A stretch of 64,000 nucleotides of DNA, taken from the NCBI RefSeq assembly GCF_009914755.1, contig NC_060929.1; one strand, written 5' to 3'. Positions within the stretch are counted from its first letter, which is position 1; every line of letters begins with the position of its first letter. The notes under the pieces are model-generated. The model saw only the letters and a list, made by a program, of their open reading frames with translations, was not told where the DNA came from and searched no databases. Made by a program: the position numbers and the translations under genes. Below are positions 1 to 18,193 of the stretch, piece by piece. Source of the stretch: the human T2T-CHM13v2.0 reference genome, Homo sapiens.

Positions 1-465
1 GTGCTTCAGTGGTCACACTCCTTGTCCACTTTCATGCTCCTCTTGTCCTCCTGGTTCCTCTTTGAAGTTTGTAGTAGATAGCAGTAGAAGAAATAGCGAA
101 AGTCTTAAAGTCTTTGATCTTTCTTATAAGTGCAGAGAAGAAAATGCTGACGTATGCTGCCTTCTCTCTCTCTGCTTCAGCTACCTAAGAGGGAAGGGCC
201 CCGTCCCATGATCATGTGACTTGCTTCACCTTATCAATCACTTGAATGACTCACCCTCCTGACCCTGCCCCCTTGTCTTGCATGCAATAAATATCAGCGT
301 GCTCAGCCATTCGGGGCCACTACCGGTCTCCACGTCTTGATGGTAGGGGTCCCCCAGGCCCAGCTGTTTTCTCTTTATCTCTGTCTTGTGTCTTTCTTTC
401 TTATGATCTCTTATCTCCACACACGGGGAGAACACCCGCTAAGCCCCACAGGGCCGGACCCTACA
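1..465 (+). mobile_element. Endogenous retrovirus LTR, 3' portion (HERV-K class, probably LTR3/HML-6-like), antisense to FLT4
   Basis: AATAAA at 286-291, U5-like pyrimidine tract, terminal ...GGACCCTACA at 465. Subfamily is from memory only. Confidence 0.8.
181..184 (-). CDS. FLT4: FLT4 short-isoform terminal exon, coding part (completes Arg1298, then TAG); 3'UTR runs past position 1
   Basis: Minus-strand acceptor ggcccttccctcttag|GTAG inside the LTR. Agrees with the established LTR origin of the short VEGFR3 isoform. Confidence 0.88.
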
Positions 466-866
466 CCAGCCAGTTCAGATTACAGTATCTACCCGGCTTC
501 TGGAGCCACTGGGTGAAGTTCCGGGGTTCTGGGGCTGGGGTGGCCTCCCCAACCTGGAGGAGAGTGTGTGTGCCCTGGGCATGGTGGGTTACGTGTGGTG
601 TCAGAAAGACACAGCATCTGAGCTCTGTCAGATGACAGGGAGGTGTCGGGACCAGCGCCCACGTGGCCAGCATGTGACAGGGAGGGGCTCCCGCGGTGCT
701 GTAGGTCAGGAGGGGTCTCAGGCAGCTCACCTTGAACGCGCGAAAAGGCCATAGGGAGCCACGAAAGGTTCCGGGAAGAGGGCTGGGCACACCCAGACCC
801 CAGCCTCCCTCCTCCAGGGGAGGGCAACATCGATACCTGCAGTGCAGGAGGCTCACGAAGCCCTTA

Positions 867-1058
<192 letters not shown>

Positions 1059-1804
1059 CTAACACCTGTCCCTGGGAAGCTGAGCCAGAAACAAGGCGTC
1101 CATTCCATCCCAGGGTGAGGGTCACATGCCCCTGCCACAGAGGGAGACACTGAGGTCAGGGGGGCTGTGTGTGGCCCGTGGACGCCTCATACTTGGGGAC
1201 CTCCACGGTGGCCAAGCGTATGCTCAGTGTGTGAAGAGCAGGAGCCGTGGGAGAAGCAGGGAGAGGCCTCACAACCTGGCAGCTCGTAGTTCAAAAAACG
1301 ATCCATGTGAGGCTGCCTCCCGGTTTGGGGGGCTTTGTTATCCTTCGACTGTGGCTTGGTGTGGTTTTTATTTTGAATTACACGGGAGGGAAACTGCGAT
1401 CTTTTCAGAGTCCCCCAACATCTCCAAGTGGCCCTGGAGGCAGGAACCCAGGTCCCTGTGGTCTGGCCAAGGGCTCCCATGGGGCCCCTCTGCCCAGCGC
1501 TCACTGACCAGGCCCGGGACCCCCGAACCTGCCACCGAGGAGGAGCCGTCCTTCCACTGGGGTTTCTGCGCTGCTGAGGAGGGGAGGCCTCGTGTGGGGG
1601 TGACGAGGGCATAGGACAGAAAGCAGCTGTGAGTCGTGGCATCGCAGGAGGGCCCAAATGTGCCCAAGGCTCACCCTGGACTTGCACTTTCAAAGGACAG
1701 TCGTTGGGTTCTGCCATTTGCCTTACGAATTCCTGACGCTGCCTCCCCTGAGGCGGCCCCAGCCCTGAGCCGAGAGCGCAGCCCCCACCCTTCATGTGAA
1801 GTAC

Positions 1805-1925
1805 CACAGAGCCTTTGTAGGTCGTTGGGGTCATGGGGAATTCCTCAAATGTCTTCATCCTGGAGGAACCACGGGTCTCAGCCCCTCTGGCCAGGCACCC
1901 GGGAAAGGACACCCAGTTGTAATAC
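1805..1925 (-). CDS. FLT4: FLT4 exon 28 (YYNWVSF...TTYKGSV)
   Basis: AG/GT boundaries, 121 nt. Confidence 0.97.
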
Positions 1926-2676
1926 CTGTGGGGAGAAATCAGAAGGTGCTGAGGAACGCGCTGCAGCAACCCTCCTCGAACTTCTCTCCACTGTCCCTGT
2001 GCCCCCTCTTCTCCTGGAAAGGACCCCCCGCCTGGGGCAGGAGTATGGATGGGCCTGGGCCTGAGTGCTGGCAGGGGCTCCTCCGTGTGCCTGGCCTCAG
2101 ATGTCTACCCCACAGCCCCAGCAGCACCCTGGGCTGTGTTTCCTCCCGAGTCCACTGCTGAGCTCTGTGATGGGAAGTGAGGGGGCATCCAGCCCCGTGT
2201 GGCATGGAGCTCCTCCCGGGGATGGGCTACCCTGGGCCAGCCAGGCAGCCCTGGGGCTGCAAGCCGCCGACTGCCCTGCCCGTACGTGGGTGCACTAAGG
2301 CACACGTTGAGGGGTTTGTGGAAGGAGCCTGGCAGAATCCAGCTAACTGTTGTTGTCCCCCAGGCCTAGCCCTGCCGTATGCTAGGGCAGAGGGACAGGA
2401 CGCAGAGCCTGCATCTCAGCAACACTGCTGTGAATGGGGCCAGCACAGCCATCCTGAGTGTGAAATGCCAGGGATAAGAGAGCCTGGGCAGAGTTCCGGG
2501 AATTAGGTTACGTTCTCCTCCTGCCCACGCCTCATAGTTGGAGACCTTCCCTGCTCCCAGGGACTCTTGGGGACTCACCCCCAGACTAATCAGTGATTTA
2601 GATAATCAGAGATTCCTGGGAGGAATCTTGGCCCAAACACAGTCCACTCCACCTCTCCGGGAGAAAAAGTACACTT

Positions 2677-3027
<351 letters not shown>

Positions 3028-3205
3028 TCAAAAACAAGCACGCAGCCAGGCCACACGGCCGTGGAAGGACCCTGCAGTGGGTCATTTAAAGCCACTCTGT
3101 GCTCTGAGTTTGTGCACACTGGCCTCTGACGTCGCATGATTTGCTTTTCCCCGATGACGCAGAGGGATAAAATGCACCTTGTCCACATGGCTTTCTCCCA
3201 CCCTA

Positions 3206-3556
<351 letters not shown>

Positions 3557-4321
3557 GGACTGCTTGGGCTCCTGACCCCTGAGATAGGGCCCTAATAGAC
3601 CATGCGGGCACGTGAGTGCTCCACAGAGGAAACGAGCTCATGCCAGAAACCAGCACATCTCAGCCATCAAGACAGATAAGGGGTCAAGGTAGCAGAATGC
3701 TGGCTGTGCCAGCCTCGCTAAGTTCTCCCAACAGCCCTTCCAGGTACATTTATGGATGAGGCAGGTGGGGCAGGCTGGGGCTCAGCCGGATCATCCCTCC
3801 TCCAGTCCCTAGCTGAGCTGGCAGCCTCAGGAACTGGGGCCAGCACTCCCTACCTTCTTCTTTGGATGGAACTAGACCTGCAGCACCCATCCCAGTCCCT
3901 AAGGCCTGGGCAACAGGCCACCCCCTGCTTCTTGCTCCAGGCCCCACCTTGAGCTGGGTCACAAGCCGGCTCCATCCCCCACCCTGGAGGAGCACCACGT
4001 GGGGAGGGAGAGATGTCAGCACACACAGGTCAAGGGTCCGTGTGTTCAGTGGAGTGGGGGACAGAACTGGCACCAGGTGAAGGAATGCATCATGACGATG
4101 CCAGGGAGATGGGGCTGCCTCACAGGCCGGGGGGGACCAGCCTAGGATTCCCCTCGCGCAGGGACAGGCTCTGACTATCCACACAGCACCTGGAGCAGGC
4201 AGTGGAGCTGTGCAGCGGGTGTGTACTCAACAGAAAGATGCAAGGGTGTGGGGACGAGGTGTGGATAGGGGCCCAGGACCCCACCACCCTAGCCTAGCAG
4301 CTGAGAGGTGGGCAGAGCCTA

Positions 4322-4519
<198 letters not shown>

Positions 4520-4909
4520 TCACGTGGGCTGCTGGACTGCATGCACCCCACCCCCGTCCCAGGACCTTCAGTGCCCCAGCCTTCCTGGGCCCTCTCACCC
4601 ACTCTGCCCTCCTCCTGACACGTCTCCCACTCTTGTCCAGCTACCCTCGTTCCTCCTTCAAGTGTTAGCCCAGCGTCCCCTCCTGGTGATGCTTTCCCTG
4701 AACACTCGGCTCTGTTCCGACAGCGCCCGGCCTTCCCTCCTGGTGTCCTCCTGGTGCAGCTGTGCTACAGACTACCCGTGTATCTTGAGGGTGGTGCCCA
4801 GGCCTGTCCTACTGGCCCTGGCTTCCCTGATGCCACCTTCTCATGGACACAACCCCCACGCCCCCGACGCTTGCTGTCCCCAAAACCTGCAGGGCCATGG
4901 GGAGGCTCA

Positions 4910-5056
<147 letters not shown>

Positions 5057-5371
5057 TCAGCCCAGCCCCCCAAGTCACCCCATCCTGTCCCTTCCCCATC
5101 AAGTCACCCCGTCCTGTCCCTTTCCCCATCCGTGGTGGGGTGGAGATGGCTCACCCGACTGTGCTCTACCTGGGACCTGTGGGCAAGTCGCTGCCCTCCC
5201 CAGCTCTAGTTCATTTGGTTAAAAGAGGACTGTGCCGCCTGCTTGCTAGGGGTGCCAAGAGCATCCACCCACTGGCGACACGGTAGACATCATGGTTACT
5301 GGATCATCAGCGGCGGGGGAGCCGCCTGCAGGCAGTTTCAACAAAGCCTCTCTTGCCTCTCGCTGCTTCTC

Positions 5372-5440
5372 CTGCTGCTCCCCCCAACCCCTGCTGCTCC
5401 CCCCAACCCCTGCTGCTCCTCCCAACCCCTGCTGCTCCCC
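5372..5440. repeat. ~19-bp tandem repeat CCCCAACCCCTGCTGCTCC, ~3.5 copies
   Basis: Direct inspection. Confidence 0.8.
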
Positions 5441-5740
5441 GTCCTGGACTGCTGAACTCCCTCCTTGGGCCCCTCTGGCTTACCCGAGCTCCCACGCCTC
5501 CTACACTCTTCCTGCTCCTTTAGTTTCCGCAGTAGTGTGGATCAGTTGCCACTTGGTGACATTTTAACTTTTTCAAGTTCACTGCCCTACCCTGGCCTGG
5601 AGACTTCATCATGCTCGCAGCGGGGCCTGAGTTCCCACATGGAGCTCTTGGAGCTCTTGGAGTAGGCACGTCTGCTGACTGGGCACTGAGCTCCCTCTGG
5701 GGCTGCCATGTGAAAAGGCTCAGTCCTGGCTCAGGCTTCA

Positions 5741-6424
<684 letters not shown>

Positions 6425-7202
6425 CTAACAGGGTCCTCTGCCTGGGTTGAAGGTATCTCCCTGCTGCTGTTCTCCTGGGTCTGTCTGGGCCCCTCTCCCT
6501 CCCAGCTCTCAGGGGAGGGGTATCGGGGTAGACTGTACACCTTCCTCCAGCCCTAGACCTCCAGCGCAGCCTCCTGATGAAACGCACCCCTGCACACTCT
6601 CACCATCTCCCCTGACAAGCACGCTCTGTCCACTCACTGTCCCCACCCTGGAAGCCGGGCCATCACTCCTGACACCCTCCTCCTGGGCTCCTGAGGCATC
6701 TCCGCCACCGGCTGTCTCTCTCCCTCTCATGGTCTCTACCTGGGAGCCCTGAGGGCCAGGGCCCTTCTGGACTGGCTCTACCTCCACCCCAGCACCCCCA
6801 CTCCCCTCTCTTCCCAGCTTACGGCATAAGGGAGGTTTTTGTAACTGCAGACAACCTGACACTTCCCTCCAACCAGCGGCCATGCTGGGCTGGATGGCTC
6901 ATCAAGACCAGGCCCTGGGCCCATCCTGCTCCTCCCACTCTGACACCCTTTCTCCCCCAGGCGCGGAACCCTGACCCGCCTTGGAGGCTCATCCAGGCAC
7001 CTGCTGCCCTGCCTGAGCTCCATTCACAAGACACTCCGCCTCCTGAGTTCCACATACTGCACCAAGCTGGTCCATCTCCAGGACAGACACCACAGAATGC
7101 TTTGCACTCTCAGGCTCCATAGGGCAGGCCCTGGGAGTCAGGACCCACCGCACGGAGCAAGGCGCGGGGCAAAGACAAGCTCCAATCAGAACAAGCTCCA
7201 AT

Positions 7203-8985
7203 CGGAGCACTGCGGCCCCGCTGGTCACCTCCCTTCTCCACTTCCTTTCGGAGCACTGGGCCCCGCTGGTCACCTCCCTTCTCCACTTCCTTTCGGAGCA
7301 CTGGGCCCCGCTGGTCACCTCCCTTCTCCACTTCCGAAATCCACTTCCTTTCGGAGCACTGGGTCCCGCTGGTCACCTCCCTTCTCCACTTCCTTTCGGA
7401 GCACTGGGCCCGCCGGTCACCTCCCTTCTCCACTTCCTTTCGGAGCACTGGGGCCCGCCGGTCACCTCCCTTCTCCACTTCCGAAATCCACTTCCTTTCG
7501 GAGCACTGGGCCCGCCGGTCACCTCCCTTCTCCACTTCCTTTCGGAGCACTGGGCCCGCCGGTCACCTCCCTTCTCCACTTCCTTTTGGAGCACTGGGCC
7601 CCGCTGGTCACCTCCCTTCTCCACTTCCTTTTGGAGCACTGGGCCCGCCGGTCACCTCCCTTCTCCACTTCCTTTCGGAGCACTGGGCCCGCCGGTCACC
7701 TCCCTTCTCCACTTCCTTTTGGAGCACTGGGCCCCGCTGGTCACCTCCCTTCTCCACTTCCTTTTGGAGCACTGGGCCCGCCGGTCACCTCCCTTCTCCA
7801 CTTCCTTTCGGAGCACTGGGCCCGCCGGTCACCTCCCTTCTCCACTTCCTTTCGGAGCACTGGGGCCCGCCGGTCACCTCCCTTCTCCACTTCCGAAATC
7901 CACTTCCTTTCGGAGCACTGGGCCCACCGGTCACCTCCCTTCTCCACTTCCTTTCGGAGCACTGGGCCCGCCGGTCACCTCCCTTCTCCACTTCCTTTTG
8001 GAGCACTGGGCCCCGCTGGTCACCTCCCTTCTCCACTTCCTTTTGGAGCACTGGGCCCGCCGGTCACCTCCCTTCTCCACTTCCTTTCGGAGCACTGGGC
8101 CCGCCGGTCACCTCCCTTCTCCACTTCCTTTTGGAGCACTGGGCCCCGCTGGTCACCTCCCTTCTCCACTTCCTTTTGGAGCACTGGGGCCTGCCGGTCA
8201 CCTCCCTTCTCCACTTCCGAAATCCACTGTCTTTCGGAGCACTGGGGCCCCGCCGGTCACCTCCCTTCTCCACTTCCGAAATCCACTTCCTTTTGGAGCA
8301 CTGGGCCCCGCTGGTCACCTCCCTTCTCCACTTCCGAAATCCACTTCCTTTTGGAGCACTGGGCCCCGCTGGTCACCTCCCTTCTCCACTTCCTTTCGGA
8401 ACACTGTGGCCCCGCTGGTCAACTCCCATCTCCACTTCCGAAATCCACTTCCTTTCGGAGCACTGGGCCCCGCCGGTCACCTCCCTTCTCCACTTCCTTT
8501 CGGAGCACTGGGCCCCGCTGGTCACCTCCCTTCTCCACTTCCTTTCGGAGCACTGGGCCCCGCTGGTCACCTCCCTTCTCCACTTCCGAAATCCACTTCC
8601 TTTCGGAGCACTGGGTCCCGCTGGTCACCTCCCTTCTCCACTTCCTTTCGGAGCACTGGGCCCGCCGGTCACCTCCCTTCTCCACTTCCTTTCGGAGCAC
8701 TGGGCCCCGCTGGTCACCTCCCTTCTCCACTTCCGAAATCCACTTCCTTTCGGAGCACTGGGTCCCGCTGGTCACCTCCCTTCTCCACTTCCTTTCGGAG
8801 CACTGGGCCCGCCGGTCACCTCCCTTCTCCACTTCCTTTCGGAGCACTGGGCCCCGCCGGTCACCTCCCTTCTCCACTTCCGAAATCCACTGTCTTTCGG
8901 AGCACTGGGGCCCCGCCGGTCACCTCCCTTCTCCACTTCCTTTCGGAGCACTGGGCCTGCCGGTCACCTCCCTTCTCCACTTCCT
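7203..8985. repeat. VNTR, ~37 units of 44-45 bp (10 carry a 13-bp insert) in intron 23
   Basis: GGAGCACTGGGCCC(C)GCYGGTCACCTCCCTTCTCCACTTCC[GAAATCCACTTCC]TTTY, counted by eye. Confidence 0.95.
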
Positions 8986-9172
8986 TGCCCCAAGATGCCT
9001 AAGGTGGGGGGTGGTCAGTAGGGTCCCCTGGGGGCAGGAGGTCCACCAGCAGCTGGGCACATGGCTGGCCAACCAAGGAGCTCACCTCACCCTGTGCCAG
9101 CCCTCCCTCTCCTGGACAGGCAGTCTGTGGTCCCACCCCTTCACCTGTTCCGCCCCACGTTCCCTCTCCTCA

Positions 9173-9340
<168 letters not shown>

Positions 9341-9564
9341 TCAGTGCAGGCCCCTGGGGTAATACCCACACCCGAAACTCCAGGGTGCCCAAGCAGTGGG
9401 GACCATGGGGATGCCCTGCCTGAACTGTGCTCCTTTGGGGAAGGATTCCCATCCATCTCCAGGACTCATCATGGAGAGAGCTTGTGGAATTGTGGGGACA
9501 GCAGAGAAAGTTGTGGAGTCAAACAGACTCTGCTGCTGACCAGCCAAGAGAACTTGGGAGGTCA

Positions 9565-9867
<303 letters not shown>

Positions 9868-9905
9868 CTACCCAGCCCCAGGGAACAGCTAACAAGCATG
9901 TCAGC

Positions 9906-10356
9906 CCCTCTCCTGCCCCTCAGACTCTGGGACACCCACATCCTACTCCAGAGCACCCTCTCCTGCCCCTCAGCCTCTGGGACACCCACATCCTACTCCA
10001 GAGCACCCTCTCCTGCCCCTCAGCCTCTGGGACACCCACGTCCTACTCCAGAGCACCCTCTCCTGCCCCTCAGCCTCTGGGACACCCACGTCCTACTCCA
10101 GAGCACCCTCTCCTGCCCCTCAGCCTCTGGGACACCCACGTCCTACTCCAGAGCACCCTCTCCTGCCCCTCAGCCTCTGGGACACCCACGTCCTACTCCA
10201 GAGCACCCTCTCCTGCCCCTCAGCCTCTGGGACACCCACATCCTACTCCAGAGCACCCTCTCCTGCCCCTCAGCCTCTGGGACACCCACATCCTACTCCA
10301 GAGCACCCTCTCCTGCCCCTCAGCCTCTGGGACACCCACGTCCTACTCCCAGAGCA
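9906..10356. repeat. 50-bp minisatellite, 9 copies, in intron 21
   Basis: CCCTCTCCTGCCCCTCAGCCTCTGGGACACCCACRTCCTACTCCAGAGCA, exact 50-bp period. Confidence 0.95.
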
Positions 10357-10635
10357 GTAAATACTGTTGCTCTGTGGGGGCCGGGCACCTGCTGCTTGGC
10401 CCTCCACTGCCTGCCTTGTCTGCAGGGCAATTTCCTATTCAGCCTCTGATGACCCAGTCAATCGTAAAACATCTGTGTGAAAATTGTCCCCGAGGTGTCT
10501 TCCCTTCCTAAGGCAGAGCCCATTCCACACTCTCCCATGAAAGCCCCCGCTGAGGACCCCAGGCTGGGGTGCCTGATCACGGGATATAACCGGGCCCGTC
10601 AGGCACTAGGAAAAGGGAAGAGGCCAGGCTCTCAC

Positions 10636-10786
10636 CTTCTTGGTCTGGAGAAGCCCGCCTCGCTCCGCCCTCGGTCTTCGAGAACCGCGCGAAGAGGACC
10701 CTGTCGCTGCTCCCCGGCCGCCTCCGATCCAGCCTGGCGAGCTCCACCATGGCGCGGAAGCGTCCGCGCTGCTCGGGAGACTTCTC
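10636..10786 (-). CDS. FLT4: FLT4 exon 21 (kinase insert EKSPEQRG...SPDQE)
   Basis: AG/GT boundaries, 151 nt. Confidence 0.97.
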
Positions 10787-10886
10787 CTGCGGATGCACGA
10801 AGCTGGCTCGAGGGCGCCCAGTCGTCCGCCGCAGAGGCGCCTCCATTCCCCCGCCGCCCGCGGCGCCCCGCAGGCCGCCCGCTCAC

Positions 10887-11497
<611 letters not shown>

Positions 11498-11530
11498 CTA
11501 GGCTGCCCCTTCCGCCCGCTGACCCCACAC

Positions 11531-11635
11531 CTTTCAGCATTTTCACGGCCACGGTGTCACAGCTGCTGCCCTTGTGGATGCCGAAAGCGGAGGCTTCCAC
11601 CACCTTCCCGAAGGCGCCGTAGCCGAGCACTCTCC
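11531..11635 (-). CDS. FLT4: FLT4 exon 18 (kinase Gly-loop and VAVKMLK)
   Basis: AG/GT boundaries, 105 nt. Confidence 0.97.
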
Positions 11636-11970
11636 CTGTCGGGGCAGGGGGCCAGTTGCAGGTGAGCTGTACGGGGTGAGCGTGGAGACAGGTGGGCGGC
11701 GGGGAAGCCCCGTGCAGAGGTCCAGGAGGACAGGCCTGGCAGCAGGAGGAGCGTGGGGAGCCACAGCGGGAAGACAAGGAGAGGTGGACAGGAGGCCGCG
11801 CATCCTCCCGGGTAGGTGTGACAGATACACCCTGCTCAGGGTGGCAGCAGGTGACCTCAGGGAGCCTGGGAACTGGGGACCCTGGCTGAGGTTCTAGGTA
11901 CCCACGCCCACAGGGACAGGTCAGGCCAGGCGGAACTTCCTGGTGCAAGTTTTGAAAATGGAGGGATTCA

Positions 11971-12207
<237 letters not shown>

Positions 12208-12453
12208 TCACTGATTTGGCCATACCACTGTGGCTTGGGCAGAACTTTGCCCAGGACAGATGGCACTTCCTGCGGGGCTCTCAGTCAAGGAGGGGACAGA
12301 AAAAAAGACAGACAACCTCTGCGGGGTTGGAGCCCAGCGTGAAGGGCAGGGAGGCTTCCCAGGAAACAAGGCTGCCAGGTGAACTAGGGCGGGCACCTTA
12401 TTCTTTATCTTAGGGGCGGCCAGGGTGGGGAAGGCCTGAGAGAGACTCCATCA

Positions 12454-13949
<1,496 letters not shown>

Positions 13950-14599
13950 TCACCCTCAGTGGGACTTGAGTCCTCATTCTCTCTTGAAGCTTGCCATGCC
14001 CCACCCCATGCTCAGCCTGAAATAACGTGTTCCCTGGCTTTTCCCAGTGCCGTGCGCCCACTTCCTCTTGTCTCTCTGGTCACTTCTGGTCAGGCTCCTG
14101 TGGCCCCCCAGCCCCCGGGTGTTCTTTTGGGCTCCATCTCTCTGCTGGTGCCCTGATCTACATCTCTCTGCTGGTGCCCTGATCTACATTCTGGGACCCA
14201 GTGACGTCTGCTCCTGGGCTCTGCTCTCCTGAGGTCACTACCACATTTGAAAATCTGAGTAAACCACAGAGCTTCTCCCCAGAGCAAAATTCACACGAGT
14301 CACAAGGTCTCAGGGCTTGGGAAGGGGAGGGTGGGAGTGGGTATAGCTAGGAGGAGCTGCAGTGAGCCAAGGGCATCCTTGAGGGAGGAGCCCCAGGGCT
14401 GGGGACAGAGGATGCCATTCCATCCCAGTGCGCCAGCACCCAGGCCCTATGCTGGTGACCCTTAAATCTATTTTTCCTGTCTACAACCGGTAGGCCTTGG
14501 ATCTCTCTCCTGGGTGTCCCAAAGACCCCAGAAACTCAATGAGCCCAAACCTGCCCCCTCCTGACCCTGTACCCAGGCCTCCCCGCCCTGGTCTGGTCA

Positions 14600-14929
<330 letters not shown>

Positions 14930-15107
14930 TCAAGGGACAGTGTATGGACTGCTGGCCTAGGCTGCAGTGACGTCAGAGGGCAGCCTTTGGCAGGACCAGA
15001 GAGACCTCTGGCCGTGGCTATGCTGAGGGGGCACCAGCGTCAGTGCAAGCCAGGGTGAGAATTCAGCCTGGGTCACAGCAAAGGCCAGTCACTTCTGGAT
15101 GGGGTCA

Positions 15108-15965
<858 letters not shown>

Positions 15966-16077
15966 TCAGGGATACAGGCAGGAAGGGCCCACATGGGGGG
16001 CGGGGTCAAGCCCTTGTCATATCCAGTCACCTTCTCATATGGGGTCGTGGGCGAGGCTGGCCCTCGGGCCTGGGTGA

Positions 16078-16402
<325 letters not shown>

Positions 16403-17742
16403 TGTTTCTGGAGCTCTGTCTCCCACCCTTCAGGCTCAGGACCCGGCAACCCATCCTACACAGGCTGCCAACACCAGCTTCCTGTGCCCACTGTCCCTCA
16501 GGCACATGTGCACTCTGTCCCGCTTCTCTGTGCCCCTTCCTGCAGAGGCCACCTGGGATCTGCCCACATGGCTGCAGGCCCAGCACAGTCCCATGCTGCC
16601 CCCGGAGGCATCTCTGCCCAGCCTCTCCCTCTCTCCTGCTTTAGGAGCTGCGGCCTCCCTCTGGGCAGGGTGTGCATCCCCAGCAAGCTTGGCCTCCTGC
16701 CAGGATTGGGGGGGTAGTCTCAGGGCCCCAAGGGAGGCTCATATCTGCCCCTGTGGAGGAGCCGAGCAGGGACCCCCCGAAGGGCTCCATCACTTGGCAC
16801 AGAGCATACAGGTGGCACACCCAGAAGGAAGGACATTTGGAGGTGCTGGCAGTGAGCTGCATGCCGCACGATCTAGAAGAATACCTATGAACCTTGGACA
16901 TCTGGGGCCGGCTCAGGCCACCCCTACTGAGCCTCCCCCACTGACCACACCAGAGCCACAGCCAGTGGGGCTACCCTCATCTTCCATGTAGGTTCCCAGC
17001 TCCCATCCCGCCCCAGTTTGATACTAGGAATCTCTTGCTAAAAGGCAAACCTGAGCCATGTCTCCACTTCTCAACACCCTTCACTGGCTCCCTAGTGCCT
17101 TCAAGCCCTGCCCACCTGGGCGTCCTCCTCTCACCCCCTGCTTGTCTAAATGTCCTGCTGGCATCCCGCTCAGTGGAGGGGAGCACGGCTCAGCAGGTGG
17201 CTGGGTCCTGTTGCTTACAGCTGTGCCCCTGGGAAAGCCGCCTCCCTTCTCTGACCCTATTTCCCTGTCTCTAAGGGGATGTGAGTGGTGCACAGATGAG
17301 CTGAGGCCCATGAGCACACATGGTGTGCCGTGGGGCTCAGTGCAACCATCCCAGGGGCTCAGGTGACACCCCCCCAGGTCCCCACCCCGCTGGAGGTGTC
17401 CTGCTGGGTGCTCAGAGACATGTGCTTCCTTCTCCCTCCAGATGATGCAATTACGTGTCCAGAGGTCTTCGCTCTTGAGGGAGGTGGGCAGGGGCCAGAC
17501 CCATCCTGTGTCCAGCTTGGCCAGCTGATGGAGGATGGGTGCAAGGGAGGCTCTGAGCCTCACTCAGGCGAGGTGAGGCCAGGGATTGGCTATAGCTGAA
17601 GGTAGGGTTCAAGTTCAGAGCAGGGCCCTGAGAAGGGGTACAGGGAAGACCTGGGCAGTGAGGGGTGCTGTAAAGGAGGTTCCTCATGGCTGAGGCTGGG
17701 GGCTGTGGCTGTGCAGGGGACCTGAGGCTGGAGCTGTACTCA

Positions 17743-18193
<451 letters not shown>

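Noticed and set aside
7203-8985. Regular repeat resembling a CRISPR array
   Set aside because: Units are head-to-tail with no unique spacers, there are no cas genes, and the context is a human intron.
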